NCBI GenBank assembly: GCA_963702205.1
Contig: OY969724.1
Span: 128,001 to 192,000 of the forward strand
From: an uncultured candidate division Zixibacteria bacterium
GTDB lineage: Bacteria; Zixibacteria; MSB-5A5; GN15; PGXB01
Reading direction: 5' to 3'
Length of the DNA: 64,000 nucleotides
Under the pieces are notes generated by a model. The model ran no database searches. It was not told the DNA's origin and worked only from the letters and a program-made list of their open reading frames with translations. The translations under genes were made by a program, and so were the position numbers. Shown here piece by piece: positions 31,127 to 41,254 of the stretch (position 1 is the first letter of the stretch; every line of letters begins with the position of its first letter).

Positions 31127-31362
31127 TGCAACCCTTTTCATAACCGTTCTCGTTCTCCGGCTGTTAACCGAAAACCGTTTTCATTCAAAGAGTTATCAAA
31201 GATCATGTTGCTTCCTGCGGACCGGAAGCGGCGTCAAGATATATTGCCGTGAATTCACGGCGGATTCAAATCAGCGCATGTCGCCACCTGCCACAGTCCT
31301 GCCCATTCCATAAGTCAAGTAAAGCGACAGTAGGATAAAAGACCACCTGGATCATGTTGATG

Positions 31363-33050
31363 TCATGTCTCATTGGAATTCCGTTGACCAGCTTCCCACC
31401 TCTGGATTGCCCTCATGATATCGGCCGGTTTCCTGGAAGCCAGTACATCCTTCCGCCACTGATCATCCCTCGCCATCCTGCTGATCAGTCCAAGCATCTC
31501 TAAGTGGCTTTCCGGCGGATCAAAGGGAGATAGCAGTAGCATCATGATTCGAACCTTCCGCCCAGTCCCTTGTTCTTGGATGCCCCCTCTGCCGATGCCA
31601 ATTGCCATTAGGGGTCGAGACAAACCCGCTATTCTCGCATGGGGAATCGCCACGTCCTCGCCCACGAACGTCCCACCTTGTTGTTCACGTTCGAGAACGG
31701 ATTCCCATGCGGATTCCTTTAACTTCTTGCCGACACCGCGACAGGAATCAAGCAGACGCCTTATCGCCTCCTCCTTTTCAATCGGCTCTTCCCAAACCAG
31801 GGCGGTCGTCCTCGAAAGGGCCGCATCGCTTTCCAGATCGAAGTCCTTGCGTTTCTGAGAACCGCTATGTATTTCATCAGCCGGAGGCATCAGCTTCAAG
31901 AGTTGGCCGTTCCTCCCGCATGGCCTTGGTGTCCAGAACAACGACGGTAATCCCTGCTCCTTCAGTAATTAGCCGCTCAACTATGCTTACTTCCCCCCGC
32001 AGTCGTTTCCAGAGAGGTAACTTTCTGCCTGGGGTGCCAATCACAATATGCCCGACACGGTACTCCTTGGCAAACTGGAGGACTGGTTTTGACGACATCG
32101 TCGCCCTTGTATGTGAAAACCGTCGCGCCCAATTGCTGCGCAAGCGTAAGGGTGTTGGAGAGTATCCGCTGGGTCGCCGCGTCTATGACGGTGGGCCGTT
32201 CCTGAGATGTCTGCACGTACACGGCATACCAGTTACGATTCAGCCGCCCAGCCAGACGGGACGCATAGCGCAGCAACGCCTCGCTGTTAGGTCCTCTGGA
32301 ACTTAAGCACACCATGACCTGATCCGGGCTTAGGGGAATATCCTCGCCTTGGGGATCGCGTCTTCGCGAATCGATTTGGGCCGCCAACTCACGAAGGGTC
32401 AGCTCACGAAGCTGTTCCAGGTTGGTCGGCCTGAAGAAATGGTCCAAGGCGGTTTCAATTCGCTCCTTGGTGTACACCTTTCCTTCTTTTAGGCGGCGTC
32501 GCAGGTCCTCGATGGTGATGTCGACGTTGACGAGCTGATCGGCTTCCGCGACCACGCGGTCGGGAATTCGCTCGCGCACCTTGACCCCCGTGGCCCGTTC
32601 GACGGTTTCATACAGGCTTTCCAAGTGCTGGATGTTCAGCGTTGAGATGACGTGAATGCCCGCGGCAAGTAGCTCTTCAACATCCTGGTAGCGTTTGGCA
32701 TTCTTGCTTCCCGGCACGTTGGTGTGGGCAAGTTCATCCACAAGGACAACGCTCGGACGCCGGGACAGGATCGCGTCGAGGTCCATTTCCTCGATTTCAA
32801 TCCCACGATAGGTGACTTTGCGGCGTGGAATCACAGGAAGCCCCGTGAGCAATGCCTCGGTTTCCGCCCTCCCGTGTGTTTCAACAAGTCCCACGGCCAG
32901 ATCGATGCCATCCTCCTTGATGCGGTGGCCTTCAAGGAGCATTTGATACGTCTTGCCCACCCCGGCCGCATAGCCCAGATATATCTTCAATCTGCCCCGC
33001 TGCGAGCGGCGGATCAGACGCAGGAAGTTGTCCGCGCGGTTTCCGTTCAT
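31363..33050 (-). CDS. kdpD: KdpD N-terminal sensor + USP + PTS EIIA-domain fusion (two +1 frameshifts near 32085 and 31895)
   Basis: [29 protein letters not shown] (VMVCLSS...WYAVYV), then [19 protein letters not shown]. No TM or kinase domain. Three ORFs join by successive single-base shifts. Confidence 0.75.
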
Positions 33051-33051
33051 C

Positions 33052-33643
33052 TCATTTGCCCAACCTGTCCAATGCCATATTCACAAGCAATACGTTTACC
33101 AGCGGCTGCGGGGTAAGCGCTCCGCCCGGCCGGCGCGCATATTTGTCCAGCAATCCCATTGACGGTTTCGACGGATAGGCCTCGGGCTGCAGCGACCCTT
33201 GCCGCCTGGTACTTGGCGGCGGCCAGCGTGATGTTCGGATCAAGACCGCTTCCCGAGGCGGTTACCAAATCAGCGGGGATGGGATCATCACCGGAAACTT
33301 CGAACCTGGCCACCAGGGCCTTCGCCCTCTCGCGAAGCTCCGGATTCGTGGGTGACAAGTTGCTGCCCCCCGCGGCCGCCGCGTTATAATCAACCGCCGA
33401 GGGTCTGCGGCCAAAAGTACTCGGGCCGGTCAAATTTCTGGGCAAGGAGCTCGCTGCCGACGATTTCGCCCTGGCCATTGCGTACCAGCGACCCGTTGGC
33501 TGAATTCGGCGTCAAGGTCTGCCCAAGGCCCAATATCACCAAGGGATAGAGAAGACAGCAGATCACCATCGTGACAAGCACGATCCTTATCGATGTGCCC
33601 GCCTGGATGTATAAAACCGGTCTCTTTCAATCGCGTTGTCCAT
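33052..33643 (-). CDS. kdpC: K+-transporting ATPase subunit C (four +1 frameshifts)
   Basis: Fragments ANGSLV...[15 protein letters not shown] / [17 protein letters not shown] / [12 protein letters not shown] / [11 protein letters not shown]. Confidence 0.88.
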
Positions 33644-33651
33644 GATGCCTC

Positions 33652-35731
33652 CTAAAACAATCCAGTCATGCTCAAAGCCAGGTCGATCAGCTTGATACCG
33701 GCAAAAGGAGCGATGACGCCTCCCAGTCCATAGAGCAGGAGGTTCCGTCGCAGGATGCTGTCCGCTCCCATGGGGCGGTACTTGACCCCCTTGATGGCGA
33801 TGGGGATCAGAAGCGGAATGATGATGGCATTGAAGATCAGGGCCGAAAGAATCGCGCTTCCCGGCGTTGCCAACCCCATGATATTGAGGGCCGCCAGTTG
33901 CGGGATCGCCAGCATGAACATGGCCGGGATGATGGCGAAATACTTCGCCACATCATTGGCGATGGAAAAGGTCGTCAGCGCGCCCCGGGTCATGAGCAGT
34001 TGCTTCCCGATCTCGATGACCTCGATCAGTTTGGTGGGGTCGCTGTCCAAGTCCACCATGTTCCCGGCTTCCTTGGCCGCCTGGGTGCCGGAGTTCATGG
34101 CGACGCCGATATCCGCCTGGGCCAGCGCCGGAGCGTCGTTCGTGCCGTCTCCCATCATCGCGATCAGTCTTCCCGCGCGCTGTTCCTTGCGGATGTACTC
34201 AAGTTTGTCCTCCGGCTTGGCTTCCGCGATGTAATCATCCACTCCGGCCTGCTCGGCGATGGCCGCCGCGGTCAGGGGATTGTCGCCCGTCACCATGACG
34301 ACGCGCAGCCCCATGGCCCGCAGACGCTCAAATCGATCTCGAATGCCGGGTTTCAGGACATCCGAAAGCGCGACCACCCCGAGGATGTTCTTGCCCTCGG
34401 CAACGACAATGGGCGTGCTTCCCTGGCGCGCGACATCATCGACCAGCCGCTGGGTTGCCTCTGGAATCGGGGCGCCTTGTTCCCGGATATAGGCGCAAAT
34501 GGCGTCAGATGCCCCCTTGCGGTAACTGCGGCCATCCGGCAGATCAAGGCCGCTCAATCGCGTCTGCGCCGTAAAGGGAATGACCTTGGCTTGCGGCGAT
34601 TCTCCCGGCGCGCTGGGCCCAAGGGTCTCCTCGCCAAGCCGCACGATGGATTTACCCTCGGGTGTCTGATCTCCAAAAGACGCGCACATGGCGGCCTCGG
34701 CCAACTGCTTCCCTCGTCACGCCGGGCAACGGATGATACTCGGTTGCCTGGCGATCACCCATGGTGATGGTGCCGGTCTTATCCAGAAGCAACGTGTCGA
34801 TGTCGCCGGCCAGTTCCACCGCTTTGCCGCTTTTTGCCAGCACGTTGGCCGAAAGGGCGCGATCCATGCCCGCAAGACCGATAGCCGCAAGCAGAGCGCC
34901 GATGGTGGTGGGGATGAGACAGACCAGCAGGGCGATCAAGGTCGGGATCGGAAGGTCCACGCCGAAATATCGGCCGATCGGCCAAAGGGCTCCGGTCACC
35001 ATCAGGAAGGCGAGCGTGAGCCCCGCCAATGTCACGGTCAGGGCAAGCTCGTTGGGAGTTTTCTGTCTGACCGCCCCCTCCACGAGGGCAATCATGCGGT
35101 CGAGAAAGGACTCACCCGCCCCCGCGGTGATACGAATCTTGATCTGGTCGGAAAGGACGCGCGTGCCCCCCGTGACACCGGATCGATCACCTCCGGCTTC
35201 CCGGACCACGGGAGCGGACTCGCCCGTAATGGCCGATTCATCCACGGTCGCGGCCCCCTCGATCACCTCGCCATCGCTGGGGATGATTTCACCGGCGGCC
35301 ACCAACACGACATCGCCTTCACGAAGCTCGTCGGAACTCACCTGTTCCTCGACACCATTCATCACTCTTCGGGCAAGGGTCTTGCGTCGGGTCCGTTTCA
35401 GCGTATCCGCCTGCGCCTTGCCCCGGGCCTCGGCCAAGGCCTCCGCAAAATTGGCGAAAAGCACGGTCAGCCAGAGGATTGCCGTCACCGCGAGCGTATA
35501 GATAAACGCCGAATGTTCATGAAACAAATCCACAACCAGCACAAGGGTGGTCAGCGCCGCCCCGATCTCGGTAACGAACATCACGGGATTCCGCGCCATG
35601 ACCCAGGGTTTCAGCATAACCACGGCTTGTTTTCCGGCGGTTCGCACCAGGCTCTTCTCGAAGAGCGAGGCCCTGCGAGCTTTACGACGATCAAGCTTCA
35701 ATTGTACGTTTTCGTTGATATGGTCACTCAT
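33652..35731 (-). CDS. kdpB: K+-transporting ATPase subunit B (one +1 frameshift near 34710)
   Basis: [35 protein letters not shown] and [12 protein letters not shown]. Confidence 0.95.
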
Positions 35732-35761
35732 GCTTCATACCTCTTTTCCCACGTCCACGGC

Positions 35762-37437
35762 TCACAGCCCGGCCGCCAAATGCTCCGCTATCGGACCCAG
35801 GACGGCCACCGGCAGGAACAGGAGCGCCCCGATGAAGACCACGCTGCCCAGAATCACCATGCCGAACAGGAACGTGTCCGTTCGCAGGGTGCCGGTGGTT
35901 TCCGGCGCCGGTTTCTTCGCGGCCAAGGACCCGGCGATGGCCAGGGGGAGAATGATCGGAATAAATCGGGCCAGCAGCATAATGATCCCGGTCGCCACGT
36001 TCCAGGGCACGGTGTTGTCGCCCAAGCCCTCGAAACCCGACCCGTTGTTGGCCGCCGCGGAACTGAATTCATAAAGGATTTCCGTGAACCCGTGCGCGCC
36101 GGGATTGTGCACCGTCGAGGCTCCCCATGGGGTCAAGGCGAATAAGGCCGTTCCGCCCAGGATGAACAGCGGGTGAATCAGAAGCGCCAAGAGGGCGAGC
36201 TTCATCTCGCGGGTTTCAACTTTGCGATTGAAATATTCCGGGGTCCGTCCGACCATCATGCCGCAGATGAAACACACCGACGATGATGTACAGGAACATG
36301 TTGATCAGACCTACGCCAACTCCGCCAAAGGTCACGTTCAGCCACATCCCCGCCAGCGGAATGAGACCGGTCAGCGGATTGAAGCTGTCGTGCATGCTGT
36401 CAACCGAACCGTTGCTCGTGGCGGTCGTGAGCGTTCCCCACAGCGGGCCGCCGGCGGAACCGAAGCGGAGTTCCTTGCCCTCAAGGTTTCCGGTTGCCTG
36501 AACCGGCAATCCGGTAAAGGCGGCCGTTGGGGCGCTCTCAAAATGGACGGCGAGTCCAACCGTTCCGACCAGCAACACGCTCATGACCGCAAAGACGATA
36601 ACCGCGTGTCGCATCCGGCCCGTGATGCGGCCGAACATCCACACCGACGCCATTGGAATCAGAATGATACTCAGGCACTCGACAAGGTTGGTGAAGAAGG
36701 ACGGATTCTCAAATGGATGAGCCGAGTTGGGACCAAAGAAGCCGCCGCCGTTGGTGCCCAATTGTTTGATGGCCACGAAAGCCGCGACCGGTCCCCTGGC
36801 GATGGTTTGCAGAGCACCTTCAAGCGTTTTGGCTGTAGCCGAGCCTTGCAAGGTCATGGGAACACCGCCCAGCAGAAGCAACACCGCCACCACCACGGCC
36901 AGTGGCAGCAACACGAGAAAGGTCGCCCGCATGAGATCGCGATAGAAGTTTCCGAGCAAGCGTTTTGCCGGCGAGCCCTCTGGCCAAGGCGGTCAAGGCG
37001 GCGATTCCCGTGGCGGCGGAAACGAATTGCAGCCACATCAAGCCGAAAATCTGCGAAAAATAGCTTAACGAGACCTCCCCCGAATAGTGTTGAAGGTTCG
37101 TGTTCGATGTGAATGACGCCACCGTATGAAAGATTAGATCAGGTGAAAGCGCACCCTTGACATCCGGATTGAGAGGAAGCACCTGTTGCATCGCTAAAAT
37201 CGCGAACACGACAATGAACATGAACCCGTTGAAAAGGAGCATGGACAACACATACTCCTTCCAAGTCTGCTCCTTGGCGATAACCTTGCCCGCCGTTTTT
37301 TCAAAGAGTCTCTCGGCACCGCCACGAACACCACCGATCTTACCGCCGGGGTTCATCGTCCAAGTCATGGATTTACCCAGGGGCCATGACAGCAATACCG
37401 CTGTTCCAAGAATGATCGCTATGAAAACAATCCACAT
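35762..37437 (-). CDS. kdpA: K+-transporting ATPase subunit A (two +1 frameshifts near 36960 and 36270)
   Basis: SFTSNTNLQHYSGE, KQLGTNGGGFF, LEGKELRFG, SNGSV, MVGRTPEY and NNGSGFEG. Confidence 0.95.
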
Positions 37438-37449
37438 GATGTTTCTCCG

Positions 37450-37530
37450 TTAAAATCGCTCGGGGTTGATGATGGCGTAGACGAGGTACGCCATGCACAA
37501 CACCAGGACGATTGCTGAAAGATAGAGCAT
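37450..37530 (-). CDS. kdpF: K+-transporting ATPase subunit F (26 aa)
   Basis: MLYLSAIVLVLCMAYLVYAIINPERF with YL.YA...PERF signature; AGGAGG RBS. Confidence 0.9.
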   Translation of the reverse strand: MLYLSAIVLVLCMAYLVYAIINPERF

Positions 37531-37540
37531 GCCAGCCTCC

Positions 37541-37624
37541 TTATATCTTGTCGCAAGCAACTGTAAGGGCCGCCAGCGCGACGAAAAGGACTAATCCAAG
37601 AATCAGATACAATGCCAACAGCAT
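37541..37624 (-). CDS. Small kdp-associated membrane peptide (27 aa)
   Basis: MLLALYLILGLVLFVALAALTVACDKI; GGAGGAG RBS; single TM directly upstream of kdpF. Confidence 0.75.
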   Translation of the reverse strand: MLLALYLILGLVLFVALAALTVACDKI

Positions 37625-37643
37625 GGCTACTCCTCCACTGGTT

Positions 37644-39491
37644 TTAACCGGCGTTCTTTCCTGTCGCGTCCGCTTTCAGGGGGAGCGTGAAGCGAAACGT
37701 CGATCCCTTGCCGACCACGCTTTCAGCGCCCACATCCCCGCCATGGGCGCGGACGATTTCCTTCGCGATGGCCAGGCCCAGTCCCACGCCGGATTTCTCA
37801 TCCTGACCGGGCGCTCGATAGAATTGCTCAAACAGATGTTCTAATTCTTCCTCCGGAATGCCCTTTCCGGTGTCTTCCACGAAGAACGCCACGCGATCTT
37901 GCTCTAGCTCAGCCCTAATGGTCACCGAGCCTCCGGGGCCGGTGAAGCGAAACGCGTTTGAAAGGAGGTTAGCAAACACATGACGAATCTTTTCGGCGTC
38001 CGCCATGACTTCGGGTAGGTCGTCCGATACATTGTTTACCACCGTCACGCCCTTATCCTTGGCGTCCACGAGGAAGGGCTCCATGGCGTCGCGAACAAGG
38101 GCTCTCGGCGTGGCGGGATCGAGCGCAAGCCTCGACTTACCGGACTCGATACGGTTGATATCGAGCAAATCGTTAAGAATCCCCACCAGCCTTTCGCTAT
38201 CATCCCTCGCGGCCATGAGGAGCTCGATCTGCTTTTCATTGAGAGATCCGATCCGTTCCTCCAACAGAAGGTGAATGGACATGCGAAGGGAGGTCAGAGG
38301 CGTTTTGAGTTGATGCGAGACGGTGGACACAACGCCGCGCTTCATTTCTTGCTGCTCATGGACTTGAGTGACGTCCTTGAGAATCAATGCCACGCCTGTC
38401 GGTTCCCGACGCTCCGGGCCTACCGGGATCGGCACCACCATCGGCTGGAAAAAGTATTCGCGATTATCAATGAACTGTTGGACGTAACCATTCTTGGGGT
38501 CGCGCTCGACGATGCGATCCTCGTCCAGGGCTTTCCGGGTAAGAGGAAGCAGCCATTCGTATCCAAGCTCGCTTACAAGGGCACCGGGTTTGAGGCCGAA
38601 GTGCCGGTCTGCCGTTTCAGTTGAAACCTCCACTTTTCCATCAAGATCGAGCACGGCGATGGCGGTTGGTAGAGCCTTGAAAACCTCCTCTGTCGCGCGT
38701 TTTGTTCGCATCAGGTTGATCCTGTCTTCCTTACGGACCTGCCTCAGGGCTGCCGCCATCTCATTGAAGGATTCCGAAAGCCGACCGATCTCGTCTCTCG
38801 AGCTCCCTTCCAAGACCAGGTCAAGGTTTCCGCCTCGTATTTCGTTCGTGGATTCAATCAGGCGATTGATCGGGTGTAGAATCCATCGATGGGCGAGATA
38901 GCTGAATAGAAGCGCCAGGAACGCGGAGACCATGATTGCCGTCAGCATGCGCCGATGGGTGGTATCCGCGAGGCTTCGCGCGGCGTTGTTGGCCTCGTTC
39001 ATGTTCGTCTGATTCATCAATAAGATGTCTTGCGCGACGTCCTTGATCTCTTGGAATAGCGGCTGCATTTTCGAGAAATACTCGGCCTTCCTCTCCACGG
39101 GAGATCGCCCGACCTCTGTCACAGGCGGTATGACCTCGACGTATCTTTCAAACAAGGCCTGTACTTTCTCGGCCTTTTCGCGTTCACCAGGGAGTGTTAT
39201 GTTGCCAAGTTCCACATGCAAGGCATCGCGGAATTTTGAGGTGTATTCCTCAATCAGACGTTTCCCCTCTGGCTCGTTCCCCGCGAGTGTGAACAGCGTG
39301 CCACTGTCCATTCGTTCCAAGGATTCCTTCATGTCCTGGCACGCCACCACACTGCGGTAGTTCTCCTTGAGGATCATGTCGATGGCCTCGCCGAGCTCAT
39401 TGATCTGAACCATCGTCATCGCGCCGACAATCGCAATGACGGCGAGCAGCCCGCCAAAGCCCAGCATCAGTTTTTGTCTTATTCCAATCAT
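37644..39491 (-). CDS. Membrane sensor histidine kinase (4HB sensor-HAMP-PAS-HisKA-HATPase)
   Basis: Two TMs, SRDEIGRL HAMP, SHQLKTPLTS, NLLSNA, DTGKGI and GVGLGL; GGAGG RBS before ATG 39491. Confidence 0.92.
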   Translation of the reverse strand: MIGIRQKLMLGFGGLLAVIAIVGAMTMVQINELGEAIDMILKENYRSVVACQDMKESLERMDSGTLFTLAGNEPEGKRLIEEYTSKFRDALHVELGNITLPGEREKAEKVQALFERYVEVIPPVTEVGRSPVERKAEYFSKMQPLFQEIKDVAQDILLMNQTNMNEANNAARSLADTTHRRMLTAIMVSAFLALLFSYLAHRWILHPINRLIESTNEIRGGNLDLVLEGSSRDEIGRLSESFNEMAAALRQVRKEDRINLMRTKRATEEVFKALPTAIAVLDLDGKVEVSTETADRHFGLKPGALVSELGYEWLLPLTRKALDEDRIVERDPKNGYVQQFIDNREYFFQPMVVPIPVGPERREPTGVALILKDVTQVHEQQEMKRGVVSTVSHQLKTPLTSLRMSIHLLLEERIGSLNEKQIELLMAARDDSERLVGILNDLLDINRIESGKSRLALDPATPRALVRDAMEPFLVDAKDKGVTVVNNVSDDLPEVMADAEKIRHVFANLLSNAFRFTGPGGSVTIRAELEQDRVAFFVEDTGKGIPEEELEHLFEQFYRAPGQDEKSGVGLGLAIAKEIVRAHGGDVGAESVVGKGSTFRFTLPLKADATGKNAG

Positions 39492-39516
39492 GACCAAGAC
39501 CTCCACCTGCTTAGAA

Positions 39517-39532
39517 AGCACAAGCCGTGCCA
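39517..39532 (-). promoter_or_regulatory. sigma54 promoter for the HK-kdpFABC-kdpD operon
   Basis: Minus strand TGGCACGGCTTGTGCT (GG-N10-GC). Confidence 0.82.
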
Positions 39533-39584
39533 TTCTATCAATTACAGTTAATTCAATGACTTGAGTAATTTTCGGAGGGAAATA

Positions 39585-39635
39585 CCTTGTGATGGACAAG
39601 GGCCGCCACGAATCGACCTTGTGTTTTACAAGGTC
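39585..39635. promoter_or_regulatory. Two palindromic upstream activator sites CCTTGT-N5-ACAAGG
   Basis: CCTTGTGATGGACAAGG (39585-39601) and GACCTTGTGTTTTACAAGGTC (39615-39635), centres 32 bp apart. Confidence 0.75.
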
Positions 39636-39661
39636 AAGGGAAGGGGAAGAAGAGGAACTTG

Positions 39662-41023
39662 TCAGATGCCGTATTGTTTTCGCTTATGCCAGAGTGTGGC
39701 CTGGTCAATGCCGAGAATATTGGCGGCTTCCTGAAGGGTCTTGGTGGAGGCGACAACGCGGCGTATGTGGTGCTCCTCAATCACTTTCAAGGAAACGTGG
39801 TCACCCAATTGGAGCGGTGGAGTATGCGGCGCGATGGACGCTGGAAGGTGTTCGATTTGAACAACATCACCGGCGCAAAGGATCGCAGCTCGCTCGACCG
39901 CGTTGCGCAGTTCCCGGATATTGCCCGGCCACGCATATTGGCGTAGGGCCTCGATGGCCGTGTCGCTGAAGGCCTTTAATGCCTTGTGGTTTTGCGCGCC
40001 GAAGAACTCCAGCATATTTCTCGCCAGAAATTCCACATCGTCCGGGCGGTCCGCCAGGGGGGGCAAATCGATCTGAATCACGTTTAGGCGATAGTATAGG
40101 TCTTCGCGGAAGCGTCCTTCCTGAACCGCTTTATCCAGATCCGTGTTGGTTGCCGTGATAAGGCGGACATCCGCACGTCTCGTCCGCTGATCGCCCACGC
40201 GCTCGTACTCACGATCCTGTATGAAACGCAGGAGCTTGGGTTGAAGCGCCAATGGCAGATCGCCAATCTCATCCAAGAACAAGGTCCCCCCCTCGCATGC
40301 GGTGACCCGACCTGGATTATCGCGAAGCGCCCCGGTAAAGGCACCCTTCACGTGGCCGAAAAGCTCGCTCTCGAGGAGATCATGGCTGAGGGTTGGGCAT
40401 GAAATGGTCCCGAACGGCTTGTCCGCCCTACGGCTCCAACCGTGGATTGCGCGAGCCAGCATTGTTTTTCCCGTTCCACTGGGACCTCGCAGCAGGACAA
40501 CCGCCTCCGAGGCGGCCACTTGCCGCGCGAGTTCCACGGCGCGTTGCATGCCGGGATGTTGTGAAGAGAAGGAAACCTCCGGATGCAACCGCTCCAGGTC
40601 CTCCTTCAGCGTCGCTATGCGTTGCTCCATGCCGCGAACGGTGGCCACCCGCTCGGTGACCAGTTGGACCTGCTCAGGAGTAAATGGCTTGGGAATGTAG
40701 TCAGTCGCGCCTCGCCGCATGGCTTCGACGGCGGTGTCGATGGACGCATAAGCCGTGATGACGACGATCTTGATCCATGGACACGCGCCGAGGAAGGGGG
40801 GAATCAAGTCAAGACCGTTCTCCGTGCCCAACCGCAAATCCAGAAACGCCAGGTCGAAGACCTGTCTGTCGGTCTCCACCCGGGCGTCCTTTCCATTACT
40901 GACGGCGGTTACGCGATGACCGCGCGACTCCAGGCAGACCGTGAGCGTCTTGCGGATATTGGCCTCGTCGTCCACGATCAGGACATTAAGGCCTTGAATG
41001 TTGTTTTGACTTTTCGTCGTCAT
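39662..41023 (-). CDS. sigma54-dependent response regulator (NtrC/AlgB-like)
   Basis: Receiver domain, [37 protein letters not shown] and Fis HTH. Confidence 0.95.
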   Translation of the reverse strand: MTTKSQNNIQGLNVLIVDDEANIRKTLTVCLESRGHRVTAVSNGKDARVETDRQVFDLAFLDLRLGTENGLDLIPPFLGACPWIKIVVITAYASIDTAVEAMRRGATDYIPKPFTPEQVQLVTERVATVRGMEQRIATLKEDLERLHPEVSFSSQHPGMQRAVELARQVAASEAVVLLRGPSGTGKTMLARAIHGWSRRADKPFGTISCPTLSHDLLESELFGHVKGAFTGALRDNPGRVTACEGGTLFLDEIGDLPLALQPKLLRFIQDREYERVGDQRTRRADVRLITATNTDLDKAVQEGRFREDLYYRLNVIQIDLPPLADRPDDVEFLARNMLEFFGAQNHKALKAFSDTAIEALRQYAWPGNIRELRNAVERAAILCAGDVVQIEHLPASIAPHTPPLQLGDHVSLKVIEEHHIRRVVASTKTLQEAANILGIDQATLWHKRKQYGI

Positions 41024-41029
41024 GGGCCA

Positions 41030-41251
41030 TCACGCCTCGATCTCATCACATAGACAGTCCAAGTCCTGGCGTGCCTTTTGAAGAATCAACCTTGCGCATT
41101 CCATGCAGTAGTTGTTCTTCGACATGTTCTCCTTGATGACCAAGCATTTATCGCCCTGGCAGATCACGTGCTCCTGGTTCCGCGAGCAGTGCCTCCGCCG
41201 TTGGGCGGTCTCAAAGCAGGCGGATACGAGAAGGCGTTTCAGCTTGGGCAT
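41030..41251 (-). CDS. Small Cys-rich hypothetical protein (possible Zn-binding), coupled to the helicase
   Basis: 73 aa; AAGGAG RBS; 3-bp gap to the helicase stop; C-x4-H...C...CxxC pattern. Confidence 0.7.
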   Translation of the reverse strand: MPKLKRLLVSACFETAQRRRHCSRNQEHVICQGDKCLVIKENMSKNNYCMECARLILQKARQDLDCLCDEIEA

Positions 41252-41254
41252 CGG

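Noticed and set aside
31157..31170. CCGGCTGTTAACCG resembling a tRNA-Asn anticodon arm on the + strand
   Set aside because: No D-arm, T-arm or acceptor stem flanks it; probably chance.
31363..37437. Programmed frameshifting or true pseudogenes in kdp
   Set aside because: The shifts lack common slippery motifs and are uniformly +1; sequencing error is more parsimonious, though this is unverified.
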